The position numbers were made by a program, and so were the translations under genes. A stretch of 41,662 nucleotides of DNA, from NCBI GenBank assembly GCA_030167865.1, contig JALAGF010005827.1, positions 1 to 41,662 on the forward strand, in the 5' to 3' direction. Every line of letters begins with the position of its first letter. The stretch's first letter is position 1. This document shows, in pieces, positions 1 through 10,151 of this stretch. Under the pieces are notes generated by a model. That model worked only from the letters and a program-made list of their open reading frames with translations. It searched no databases and had not been told where the DNA came from. The stretch is from Craspedostauros australis. Lineage: Eukaryota.

Positions 1-2
1 AG

Positions 3-758
3 AGCAGGAGGAGAGTAGTGCGTTCCGTGCTGGGAGGAGAGGACTGGACGGGAGACGACCGGGACGGGGCGCATCAATGGGACCGGGGGTGTGCGACCGG
101 ATGCCAGTGGCTGGGTGGCCGGTGGCGGGCCAGCGGGGTTGGTCTTGATGCGGACGGGTGGCGTCGGCTGTACATCGATACCGGGTCGTCCTGCTGGCTT
201 GGTGTCAAGGTCGAATCCGACCACTCCGACGCTTTTGGAGTCGCTGTCGTTGCGGGCAGCGGCATCCGTGATATCCATCTTGCCGACAGCCTCGAGATCG
301 CGGAGCGCGGCGGCCCGAGTAGAGTCGTATGCGGCGCGGCTCTGGTAGCTGCTCTCGATGAGGTCGCGTCGGGGTGCTCCGCCAAGCGTAGTTGTGTCGA
401 GGCATTGGTACACTCCCGAGAGTCCGCGGCGGTCAGGGTCGCGGCGAAGGGCATGGTGGTTGCTGCGGCGGCACTCGCTGGCCAAGTTAGCGCAGAGTAG
501 AGTGTGACCGTCCTCCGACTTGGAGGAGAGGCGGACCAGGCAGATGCGGTCGTCAGCCACGACGTGTCCGATGGCCATCCCGATCCCGACTTGGTCGAGG
601 AGAGTGTCGCTGCCCATGTCGCCAGAGCGGGCGGATCCGCTGGCCACCGAGGATACAGTCTCTACTGGAATCCCGGGCCCGGACTCAGCCGGAGGCATAC
701 TGGCGAAGGCGGAGGCTTCAGACGCAAGAAGCGAGGAGAGATTGGGTGGGTCGGTCAT
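3..758 (-). CDS. Partial ORF (>=252 aa, runs off the window edge) with a Cys/His motif; probably transposable-element ORF1/gag-like
   Basis: Not in the ORF track (no stop inside the window). Manual translation from ATG at 758: MTDPPNLSSLLASEASAF...RICLVRLSSKSEDGHTLLCANLASECRRSNHHALRRDPDRRGLSGVYQC...Pro-rich tail, with no stop to position 3. Contains a C-x15-C-x6-C-x4-H motif. The + ORFs 18..500 and 504..782 are its antisense shadow. TE origin is inference. Confidence 0.55.
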   Translation of the reverse strand, partial: MTDPPNLSSLLASEASAFASMPPAESGPGIPVETVSSVASGSARSGDMGSDTLLDQVGIGMAIGHVVADDRICLVRLSSKSEDGHTLLCANLASECRRSNHHALRRDPDRRGLSGVYQCLDTTTLGGAPRRDLIESSYQSRAAYDSTRAAALRDLEAVGKMDITDAAARNDSDSKSVGVVGFDLDTKPAGRPGIDVQPTPPVRIKTNPAGPPPATQPLASGRTPPVPLMRPVPVVSRPVLSSQHGTHYSPPA

Positions 759-1849
759 GGTGAGGACTCAAGAAGAAGGTGAAAGACGTGAAGTGGTGTA
801 GAAGGCGTTGTTTTGTTGCTAGGTTACCCCTGAGCAAGCGTTGCGGGAAGCGTTATCCGAAGCGAGGAGTGTGACAATTCTGTCGTCTTTTCCAAATTGT
901 GCGCGTTTCGGTTGTTGCTTGTCGCATCGCTTCTCTGCTTGTTGTTTCTCTTCTCTCTTTCTNCTTTCTCTTGCAGGCTCCTCAGTCTCCTCGTGTTCGA
1001 CCTCCTTCGTTTCTCATTTGCTCGAAGCGGGTCTTGGTCCGGCTTCACTATCCGATTGCATCTCTTCTGATGGGTTTGCAATTGGTGTCGTCGATAGCGC
1101 ATTCCGTGTTTTTTGAGTTTTTGTTTGTGTGTCGACTTTTTCGCTGCGGGTGATCATTTTGTGAGCTCCGCATTGCCATCAAATGGCCGTTGTCGCACAT
1201 GGTTCGAATTGTCCTTACTTAGGGATATGGCCCATGTGTGGCCGTTATAAACGTTAAGTTTGAGTCTCCATTGCGGGGTGATGCACATGGTTTGCATTCC
1301 CGCTGTGTGTCCCGTCTTCTTCCTGCGGATGATGCCCTGGAGTCGTATGGGTCGGCTGTATCAACCAGTCAATTATATCTAGAAGTGACCCGATTCATTC
1401 ACGACTGATTGTTGGTCGTGATGGTTGGGTGGGGCGAGATGAGTCCTGGATACGTTTGATGTCGATTGAAACACGAGTGGTGTCACCGTCGTCATCGTCG
1501 TCGTCATCATCCTCTCAACAAAACACGAGAAACGCCTCTGACGTCCACCGAAGAAGTCGTCGTGATGGACTCGTCACATTGTGGATCCGCCCATTGGAGT
1601 CGTTCGATGACATCCAACTGCCGAAGCGCATAGTATGCATTCGTACGGCACAATGGTTGACTCCCCCAAGACCATCACAGAGGGATGTGCCTACTCATAT
1701 TACACGATCTATGGTATCACATGAAGAGGCATAACTGCACAGCGTGGCCAAGTTGGGCACCATCGAAGGTCGCATCGTGCGAGCTAGCCAGCTTCGGATC
1801 ATGATGTGGCTGTCCACGATCGTACCACACCATTGCACAGCATAGTCGA

Positions 1850-1882
1850 ACAATACCATACCACACCATACCACACCATACC
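1850..1882. repeat. Short CCATA/CCACA pentamer tandem repeat
   Basis: caataccataccacaccataccacaccatacc. Confidence 0.7.
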
Positions 1883-2150
1883 GCATCATATACCGTGGTG
1901 GAACTGCACAAGTCCATGAAGGTGTGTTGGCTGACGACATGTTGCTTCGTAATGAATGCACGGGATCATGAAATGGAGGACAGCAAACTTGAGCAGATGA
2001 GCTCATAATCGCCATCCAAGCGCAACTGATTTGGGACTACATACTCTACCAGCACTACTCGCATGATTGTATCACCAATAGCAACAACAACAATCAGCAA
2101 CAATCGGCATCAGACGTAACAACAGTGACGACAGCGACAACAAGAAAAGG

Positions 2151-3590
2151 ATGAATCGCAACAAGGACGGTGTCGCCAACACCAACTATCATCCGGACTT
2201 CAACACTTTCTGGAAACAGCTCTATGGACAACAGTTGTCATGGACGACCGCCGTCGTTGCGGATGGCGACGACGACATGGAAGTTATATGCAGCGACATC
2301 ACACCCAAGCGGATGGAATACTGGGACATGGCCATCGAAGCAGGATTCAGCTTTGATGACTTGGAATCGATGGTGGACAGTTGCGGGTACGTGGCGCTGT
2401 CGTCGCATCTGGTATTGTGCGATGGCTCGTTCGGTGGAGGCGAACTAATGTGTATCGAATCCATCCAACTGCTTCTCGCGAAGTGTGACGACCAACTTGG
2501 AGCCGCCAATGCACAAACGCTTCACTTCCTCCTTCGATTGGCCGCCAAGGCTTGCGCCGGACAAGGCATCGAATTGTATCAACACTTCGTGGATGTAGAG
2601 GAGTTTCATGATGTCCCTCTTGTCACAAGTCATACGGAGTTGCACTATTGTAATCTTGTGGGTCGCGATAAGCTCATGTTCAACATCATCCAAAACTCCA
2701 AAAGCGTCGAGTTTGGCCGTTGCGCACTCGCCGGCGACGGCGCTGATCTGTGCAGATGGCTGTCTCTCGGCGATTGTAGAGTCACCAAACTATCATTCCG
2801 ATGGACTTTCATCGCATGCGACCTTTTGGCAAAGCTATTGCAGTCAAACAAGCAAATTGACAACTTCTCCTTCGATTTCAATGCAAGGCCCTACCGCCGA
2901 GGTGGAAGATTTTACACAGAACAAGATATCAATCGGATCATCGAGCTTCTTTCAGATGCAACGCACCTCAAAGAACTTGAAGTTGACTTTGGTACCGACC
3001 AGAATGAGCCATGGAGCAAGCGGTTTGATGATGTGATCTCTCTAATGGGAAACAGCAACCTATCATATCTGCATTGCTTGAACCATAGTTATCGAGATGC
3101 AAACAATCCTGTCACACCAGAGATACTGTGCGAACGGACAGAAGCACTTCGCCGCACTTTGCAAAGCTCCCATCAACTCACCTATCTACGCATCTCTCCA
3201 TGCCCAATCGACAAGCTAGAGTACGATGCACTTGTTGACCAGGTCCTGCAACGGAATTACCAGACCAAGGTGCGGCGTGTACTATCGTCTCTATCCACAT
3301 GGTCACAGCCATTGGCGCTGTTTGGGGAGGCGCTGTCGCGTGTCTGTTCGCGAAGATTTGCGGACCGCACGTTCCGCTTCCTGCTGGAGAGCAGTGAGGT
3401 GTTGAAACGAGCCTGGAATGACAACTTGGCAGTCCGAATGGTAGAATATGAGAGAGGCTCGTCATGGATCATGAAGAGGAGGGACGAAGGAAGCGGTGTC
3501 GACTTGATGCCATGCAAGTACCCATGCCTGGACAACAGAGTGGCTCGTAGGCTGGAAAGCAAGCCAAGAATTGATGATACGCCCGGCTGA
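2151..3590 (+). CDS. Hypothetical protein with degenerate RNI-like/leucine-rich repeats (479 aa)
   Basis: Long single-exon ORF with repeated LxxLxL-like units (VTKLSF, IDNFSF, LKELEV, LSYLHC, LTYLRI) and a C-terminal 'LQRN...LFGEALSRV...FRFLLE' segment of the kind seen in expanded diatom LRR-like families. Confidence 0.7.
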   Translation: MNRNKDGVANTNYHPDFNTFWKQLYGQQLSWTTAVVADGDDDMEVICSDITPKRMEYWDMAIEAGFSFDDLESMVDSCGYVALSSHLVLCDGSFGGGELMCIESIQLLLAKCDDQLGAANAQTLHFLLRLAAKACAGQGIELYQHFVDVEEFHDVPLVTSHTELHYCNLVGRDKLMFNIIQNSKSVEFGRCALAGDGADLCRWLSLGDCRVTKLSFRWTFIACDLLAKLLQSNKQIDNFSFDFNARPYRRGGRFYTEQDINRIIELLSDATHLKELEVDFGTDQNEPWSKRFDDVISLMGNSNLSYLHCLNHSYRDANNPVTPEILCERTEALRRTLQSSHQLTYLRISPCPIDKLEYDALVDQVLQRNYQTKVRRVLSSLSTWSQPLALFGEALSRVCSRRFADRTFRFLLESSEVLKRAWNDNLAVRMVEYERGSSWIMKRRDEGSGVDLMPCKYPCLDNRVARRLESKPRIDDTPG

Positions 3591-3916
3591 CTAATGATGA
3601 TGAAAGGCATGATGAAGTCTGGTACTGTACAATACGACTAAGATGCTCGATTGCAGTACCGTACTCTGGAACATGTTGTAGAGAGCAGAGTCCTCTGCTC
3701 CGTTATTCCACAAACACCAACAAACCAACATCTTTTATTCTTCACACCGGTGCCAATTGTTACGTTGACTTGATCAGAATACTCTCATGACATGCCACTA
3801 TCTTCACGCCATGCGTTGGATCTGATGAGACTTGTTGCTTACATACTCTGCGATTCTCTCTCTCTCTCTACTCTAAGAGTTCCGTTCGCTTCCTGTGGTC
3901 GCTTCCTGTGTAGACT

Positions 3917-4987
3917 TTACAACTCATCACCTGTAGTTGCGCCGGAACCACCCGCCTCCTTCTCTTCCGGGTCCCTATCTTCCACATTGATGTATTCATA
4001 CTCACCATCATATTCTTCGTCGTCATCGTCGTCGTCATCGTCATCATCCGGATCGCTGACTTTTCTGGCCTCATTCTTCATGTTCTCGGTGAATTCGAAG
4101 TCTTCAAACCCAAACAGACCAAAACCCGGCTTGTACATGCGCTGGGACATATCCACGAGGAACGGATCGCCGGCTGGAATATCCTCCAACGCGAACAGGT
4201 TGCGCGGACATCCGGAATCGATGCTGCTGTGCTCTTCGAGATTGGACACGGAGCACCCCACGTTGGGATTCGGATTCTCCCCCAAGAACGACGCATCGTC
4301 AAAGTCGCACATCATGTAGACGCCCAACGTTTGGTCGGAATCGAACGGAACTCGCACCTGCGACACGCTGTCGTCGTCGCTGTCGGCCAGCGCCTGCGGA
4401 TAGCACCGCATGAGCATCTGACATCCCAAGGTGGGCGGCAGACTGAGCACGAAATGGCGAAAGAGCTTGGCCGATGGAATCTCGGCGCCCTGCACGTCGC
4501 CGTTCCAGATCCACGTGCCCTTGGCGATGTTCTGTCCGGCATAGACGATCTTGCCGCCGCCGGGAATGAAGCCGACGTACGTGCGAACCTGGAAGCCCGA
4601 GGTCGTCGGCACGTCGTTTTCGTACTCCATGTTGGCGTGCGTGGAGAGGGAGGATGCGGTGGGTCCCATGGTGCCCTGGTAGGTGCCGCGCAGCAGCATC
4701 CACGTGGACTCGTTGAAGAGGTTGGCATTGAAGCGCTCCTCCTCGATTTTGGCGTCGCAGCCGAGGCCTTGCCACATCTGCGGGTATGTGCAGTTGGAGG
4801 AGTCGCAGACGGTGTCGATGCGCCATGGATCCAGTTTCTGCTGTTCCTGCTTCGGTTGTTCCTGTTTGGCATCATCAGCGGCCGTAGCATCAGCGGCGGC
4901 ATCAGCGGCAGAAACGAAGGGCAGGAGCGTCGCGCAAATGAGAGCGACGGCCAGCATCTTCATGCTCGTTCTTGTGCGAGTCATCAT
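3917..4987 (-). CDS. Secretory-pathway SET-domain-like protein (signal peptide, acidic tail, C-terminal GDEL)
   Basis: Likely start MMTRTRTSMKMLAVALICATLLPFVSA (ATG 4987; alternative 4963). SET-like blocks GGGKIVYAGQNIAKGTWIW, DFDDASFLGENPNPNVGC and LFALEDIPAGDPFLVDM. Poly-D/E tail, ends ...TTGDEL*. Strong C/G third-position codon bias. Confidence 0.75.
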   Translation of the reverse strand: MMTRTRTSMKMLAVALICATLLPFVSAADAAADATAADDAKQEQPKQEQQKLDPWRIDTVCDSSNCTYPQMWQGLGCDAKIEEERFNANLFNESTWMLLRGTYQGTMGPTASSLSTHANMEYENDVPTTSGFQVRTYVGFIPGGGKIVYAGQNIAKGTWIWNGDVQGAEIPSAKLFRHFVLSLPPTLGCQMLMRCYPQALADSDDDSVSQVRVPFDSDQTLGVYMMCDFDDASFLGENPNPNVGCSVSNLEEHSSIDSGCPRNLFALEDIPAGDPFLVDMSQRMYKPGFGLFGFEDFEFTENMKNEARKVSDPDDDDDDDDDDEEYDGEYEYINVEDRDPEEKEAGGSGATTGDEL

Positions 4988-5503
4988 ACTGGACGCTCTT
5001 CGGTGCGTACGATCTATTATATGGCTGAACGGATGAGGAGTGGGGATGCTTTGATGTGATACTGTGCGTTGCTGATTGTGGCGATGTGTTGTGCGATGAT
5101 CGCTTTGCGTTGGTGTGAGTCCTTCCAAAGCGTGGTGGATGGCAGAATTGGATCCGTTGAGAAATGAGCCAAAAATATCGCACACTTCGGATTGTGGGGT
5201 TTCTCCCTATACTCAATCAAAGTCTACATCTTCGCTGAGCTTCTCCAAACCACTTCAACCACTTTGCGACGATGCGTGCCACTGCTGATCATGCTGCGCA
5301 CTCCTCCTCCCATCCTACTTCAACCCGACGCAACGAGGGTATAGAAAACTGTGACACTACTATACTTGGATGCTTTCGAACACACCATCTGATATGATAT
5401 GTGTATTTCGTTATGTTTTGTTCCGTTTCATGGTTGAAGACGTTGTTTGTTAGTGCTCAGTGCATTTCATTTCCTTATTGGTTGTTCTGTATTTGCGTGA
5501 AGA

Positions 5504-6337
5504 TCATGGTTTGCGTGACGACGACGATAGGAGCATGCGCATGACATCGCGCTTGGCCTGCTTCTGCTTGCGCCGGAAGGATGACGATGCTGCCGATGGA
5601 GGCACAGCGGGTTCCTCGAATCTCCGAAGACTCCAATTGGATATGCGATTGACGAGCAGCTGATCCACATCATCGATCGTGGCGACCTGGGGATTGCAGG
5701 CCGCGAGAGAAGCAGCGGTGGCATTCTCATTGCCAGTTTGGCCCATTGTGTCGTGGTGCGTGATGCACGCTGCTGTAGACGACAACGACGGTAGGAGTTC
5801 ATGGTTGCTCGTCGTCGATGTGATTGCGAAGCGGCTCTGCCATTGCGGTACCTGCGGATTGATGTCCATGGAGCGCAGTGGCTGGAACATGTTCTTGCAG
5901 ACAGATGTGTGGCCAGTCTTCATGCTGACTTCGCTGGTATTCGAAGATGCGAAGCCGTTGTAATCGCTTTCATCACTATCAACATCTGCATCGTTGTCGC
6001 TGTCATCCTCATCGCTGCTGCAACCAGTCAGCGTGCTTGTCGTCCTGCGGTTGAAGGCATGCCAACCAGTCGGCGGTCTCCTGGTGATGGATATGGAATC
6101 GGGCGGCTTCCCGGCCACCGCGATCTCATCGATCTGACCTAGACTGCTGGCAGATCCACCACGATGGGATTGGTCCTGCTCTTGTCGCTGCTCGCACATG
6201 GGTGCATTCATCTGCCAGGATTGGTTGCTGCGCACCCTCTTGGCAAGGTGCGCAAAGGTCTCATCCGCGCGATGGTGCTTGCGACCGCTGTGAGATGCTG
6301 AAACCCGATCCGTTGGAACCATTCTCGATGAGATCAT
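5504..6337 (-). CDS. Hypothetical low-complexity (Ser/Thr/Asp-rich) protein
   Basis: 277 aa from the first ATG (MISSRMVP...), with acidic tract SSDEDDSDNDADVDSDESD and a basic C-terminus. No recognisable domain. Confidence 0.5.
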   Translation of the reverse strand: MISSRMVPTDRVSASHSGRKHHRADETFAHLAKRVRSNQSWQMNAPMCEQRQEQDQSHRGGSASSLGQIDEIAVAGKPPDSISITRRPPTGWHAFNRRTTSTLTGCSSDEDDSDNDADVDSDESDYNGFASSNTSEVSMKTGHTSVCKNMFQPLRSMDINPQVPQWQSRFAITSTTSNHELLPSLSSTAACITHHDTMGQTGNENATAASLAACNPQVATIDDVDQLLVNRISNWSLRRFEEPAVPPSAASSSFRRKQKQAKRDVMRMLLSSSSRKP

Positions 6338-8254
6338 CGTCGTCACCGCTCGGTTGTCGGAGAGGACCACGGAACAATGGGAGCTCGCTTCGCACTTCTG
6401 ATCTGAACCGATTCGGTCTGGCTGCGCTGATGCGTTTCACGAGAAAGCTCGAAGCCATGTGCTAGAGCACTATTCTGCCGCGTGCTTCACGAACGTCAAC
6501 GATGTCAACGCCAAGGCTCCACAAGACACAGCCGCTTCTTTCAAGAGTCCTTCTTTCGCTTCGTTCCTGAGTGCGGGTACGAGTGTGGTGAGTGAATTGG
6601 GATGCGCTCTGCTCTGCTGTGTTGTGTTGTCCTCTGTTGTGCTTTGTTCCTACGGCTGTACTGGTGGAGTGCATTGATCAGCAACTGGCGAGACCTCTCT
6701 GGGTATCTTCAATGGGCTTTGTGAGAAAGGGAACTCGTATCAGTGGAATGATGGCAAAACGCGTGGATGAACTCGCAGGGGCGCAACAACGCGAAACAAC
6801 GTGAAACCCTGCGACACTTCTCTTCCACGCCATGCTTTTTTGGCGATTGACACATGTCTTCCATTTTGTGGAATGCTATTGTACTTACGAAGCCCCCTTC
6901 GAAACAAGCTTGATTTGACGTACGCAGCACCGACGTAATATTTGCATCTTACATTTCGGTCATTGTGTTGGGGACAGTTCGGGCCAATTCAAGTCACGAA
7001 TATGATCACGCTCATGAAAGGGCCTATTTGAGAGGCGTCTGCGACATGAACATGTCTTCTGTCCATATGTAAAATCCGTGAACGCCGGAAGTTCGCTTCT
7101 GTTCTGGGGTTTGTTTCTTCTTTGGCACCAAGTCAACCGCGGGGCAACACAGGCTGGTTTTTCGTTGGGGAGCGTGGTATCGTTGCGCTCGTGTCTTGTT
7201 GTGCTGTGCTGTGTTGTCTTGGGCTGTCGCGTCGTTGTCTGGTTTATCGCGTCGTTGTGTGGTTTATCGCGTCGTTGTTGCTGCCTCTTCTGTACGTGGT
7301 GAGAACAGCAACAAGGGAGCAACGCACAGCCAACAACGATCGAGCATTTTGTACGCAGCAACAGAGGCAAAAACGAGGTTGGACGAAATCGACACCAACA
7401 GCGCCGACTGAAACACAATAATCTGAACCCCAACTTCGCCGCCAAAGACGCCGAGACACGCTCTCTCAATAGAGTTTTCTTGCTTCTTGCCATCCCCTTC
7501 GTCCGGTGGTCTGCGATCGAGTGGATGGACGCTCGCTTCGTCACATCTTTCTGCCATCATTGACGAATTTGCGTTTTCCCGAGGTAAGCCGCCATCCGTT
7601 CTGATTGCACAGACCACATCACGAGATGCAAGTTGCCTCGTGATCATGTGCGTGACTTTGTGGTCGTGCTTGCTCTCCTTGGGCTCAATGATGTCCTACC
7701 ACGCCCAATCATCGTACGCTATCGCCACGCTCCACGATTATGGCATCATACTCGCATGCATGATGATATTACATCTCTCAGTAGAATCGGTGCTCATGGT
7801 TGAAAGATGGCGTGTGCGCCAATGCAGACAATGGCATGCCGTAGTCGTACGATGCCACACCGTGGCGCATCTTCCTCTGAGTTCCCCAAGTATCACCGTC
7901 CACCACGTCTGTTCCGGTAACATCCCATCTCACACGCTATCTTCTGCCACCATACTCGTCTTAGTACCATACGTACATATTACACTATACTATACACCAG
8001 ATCTTTCTTTCAGATTCATTCCATTTCACTTCAGGAGCACTCCGCTCATATAATACGTACTGGTACGAGCAAGATTGGCAACAGCCGCAGCACCATTGAC
8101 ATTGGCAACAGCATCCAGTATCCAGTATCCACGCACAACAAGTACTGTACGAGTACATCCTCTGCTCTGATTGCATCATATGATACAATACATCTGTATC
8201 CAAAGCAAGAGCAGAAGCAACGGCGACAGCATCCAACTATTGTAGATCACCGCC

Positions 8255-9880
8255 ATGGCGTGCGCTGCGTGCCACTCTGCCAAGGTCAAATGCATCTGCC
8301 CCAACGGCTTTCCCTGCGATAGGTGCGTACGATTGGACATCGAATGCGTCCTGCACAAGTCACGTCAAGGACAGGGTAAGAAGAAGCGCAAAAAACGAGT
8401 GTCCGCCAATGTGTCGAAACAGCAGAATGATGGCAACAACATGGACGTCGTGGGTCCCCTGCCCAATCAAGTTGAGAGTACCGGGAATGCGGTTGGTAGG
8501 CTCAGGCGCAACTCCGCCAGTGACTCCTCCGACTCACTCGTCAAGACGTCCAAGCGCAACAAGGGCGTCACCGAATCGGTCATCCTCTCCGACACCAACA
8601 AGCTCAGTCCCAACCACTTCGGCCTCTACTTCATCATCCGTCAATGGATCTCCTTCGCCGTCACACGCCGTTCCTTGAACCTCCTCTGTCGAGCCTGCTC
8701 CCTGGCCTGCAAACACGGAATCTCCATGGACGACGTCCTCTGCGGATGCGAGCGCTTCGCTTCCATCCCTTGCGTCGACGAGCCCGTCAGCAACGCCGAC
8801 GTCGGTAACAACAGCAACAACCCCCTCTTCATGGCGCTGGCTATCCGCACGCAGACCTCCCACGGCCAGGGCAGCGCCATGGAGTTCCTGAGCAGGATCA
8901 TCACCACGAAGGCCAGCGAGCAGGAGGTCATGGGACCGCCGCTGCAGCTCACGGAGATCCCCATCAAGCTCCTCTCCTCCATCTACAACTGCCCCTCGCT
9001 ATCCAACCTCAGCGGCCGGTGGATGCAGGTCCGCGAAATGAAGAAGGGAATCTCTCGATACTTCGTGTCCCCGCAGTTCGAGCAGGACATCGCGTCCTAC
9101 GACCTCATCTACCGCACCTACATCGAGAACACCATCGAAGTCAAGGATATCTGGACCGTCGACACGGAGGAGAAGTACCGTCACACGCAGGGATTGATCC
9201 ACCAGATCTCCGTGCAGGACAAGTACGACACCCTGCCGCATCCGGCCCGCATCACGAACACGCGCATCCGTTTGAAGAACGGGCAGAAGATCGCCTGCGA
9301 CTGCATCGTCTGCCTCGTCATCGTTGGGTTGGATCATTGCTACTACTTTGTCGAGTATCACTCCCCGCGTCTGATCGGGACGCCCGGGTCGTCGCAGACA
9401 AATCAGGCGAGCAAGACACAGAACAACAACAACAACAACAACAACAACGATGGCATATCCACCGTCAGGAACAAACCGCCGGATCATGTCATTGGGACGT
9501 CACGAAGGGATGTGCTGGCACTGAACGGGGGTGTATCGAACAACAACAACAAAGCTTCCATAGGCATGCCCGTACCCATGAACGTGGATAAAAATGCACA
9601 ACATCAGTTCGCCAACAATGCCATGCTTCCAATGAAGCGCGAAACCAGCTTGCGCAACACTCCCAACAACAACAACAACTTACAGCAACAACAGCAGCGT
9701 CTCAATATCATCTCGAACAACAACGGCAACAATAACAGCAACAACGTGCAACGTCAGCAGTACGATCCGACACAGTCCATGCCGCAGTACGATGATTACA
9801 ACGCCAACGTCGATGAATTGGAATGGACCAACGACTTGGACGGATGGTTGAGCGACATGCAAATGAAGAATCTGTGGTGA
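8255..9880 (+). CDS. Zn(II)2Cys6 (fungal-type binuclear cluster) transcription factor, 541 aa
   Basis: N-terminal CAACHSAKVKCICPNGFPCDRCVRLDIEC = C-x2-C-x6-C-x7-C-x2-C-x6-C. Basic NLS-like KKKRKKR, N/Q-rich region, acidic-aromatic C-terminus DELEWTNDLDGWL. Confidence 0.9.
   Translation: MACAACHSAKVKCICPNGFPCDRCVRLDIECVLHKSRQGQGKKKRKKRVSANVSKQQNDGNNMDVVGPLPNQVESTGNAVGRLRRNSASDSSDSLVKTSKRNKGVTESVILSDTNKLSPNHFGLYFIIRQWISFAVTRRSLNLLCRACSLACKHGISMDDVLCGCERFASIPCVDEPVSNADVGNNSNNPLFMALAIRTQTSHGQGSAMEFLSRIITTKASEQEVMGPPLQLTEIPIKLLSSIYNCPSLSNLSGRWMQVREMKKGISRYFVSPQFEQDIASYDLIYRTYIENTIEVKDIWTVDTEEKYRHTQGLIHQISVQDKYDTLPHPARITNTRIRLKNGQKIACDCIVCLVIVGLDHCYYFVEYHSPRLIGTPGSSQTNQASKTQNNNNNNNNNDGISTVRNKPPDHVIGTSRRDVLALNGGVSNNNNKASIGMPVPMNVDKNAQHQFANNAMLPMKRETSLRNTPNNNNNLQQQQQRLNIISNNNGNNNSNNVQRQQYDPTQSMPQYDDYNANVDELEWTNDLDGWLSDMQMKNLW
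9422..9448 (+). repeat. (AAC)9 coding microsatellite (poly-Asn)
   Basis: aacaacaac... in frame within the Zn2Cys6 gene. Confidence 0.85.
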
Positions 9881-10151
9881 CGCAGACAGTGGCAGTAGAA
9901 GTACATACACTCCAAGTACATTACTTTAGAATCTAATGCAGATGTTACTCCCTGCGATGTATGCTTGTACTCATCCATCGTACTCGATGAGAGTGCTTCC
10001 ATACAGGCTGTGCCATGACATTGATTCATCGTCAAGATACAATCCACTTGTACTCGTCGTCAGTCATCCACAACAACAGCGACAACGCTTCGCTCATTCA
10101 CCCAAAGTGCAAAAACACATACAGTATGATGCAATGGATACTTTTCTTTTT

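Noticed and set aside
18..801. Plus-strand ORFs 18..500, 504..782, 520..801
   Set aside because: Antisense shadows of the longer minus-strand ORF starting at 758.
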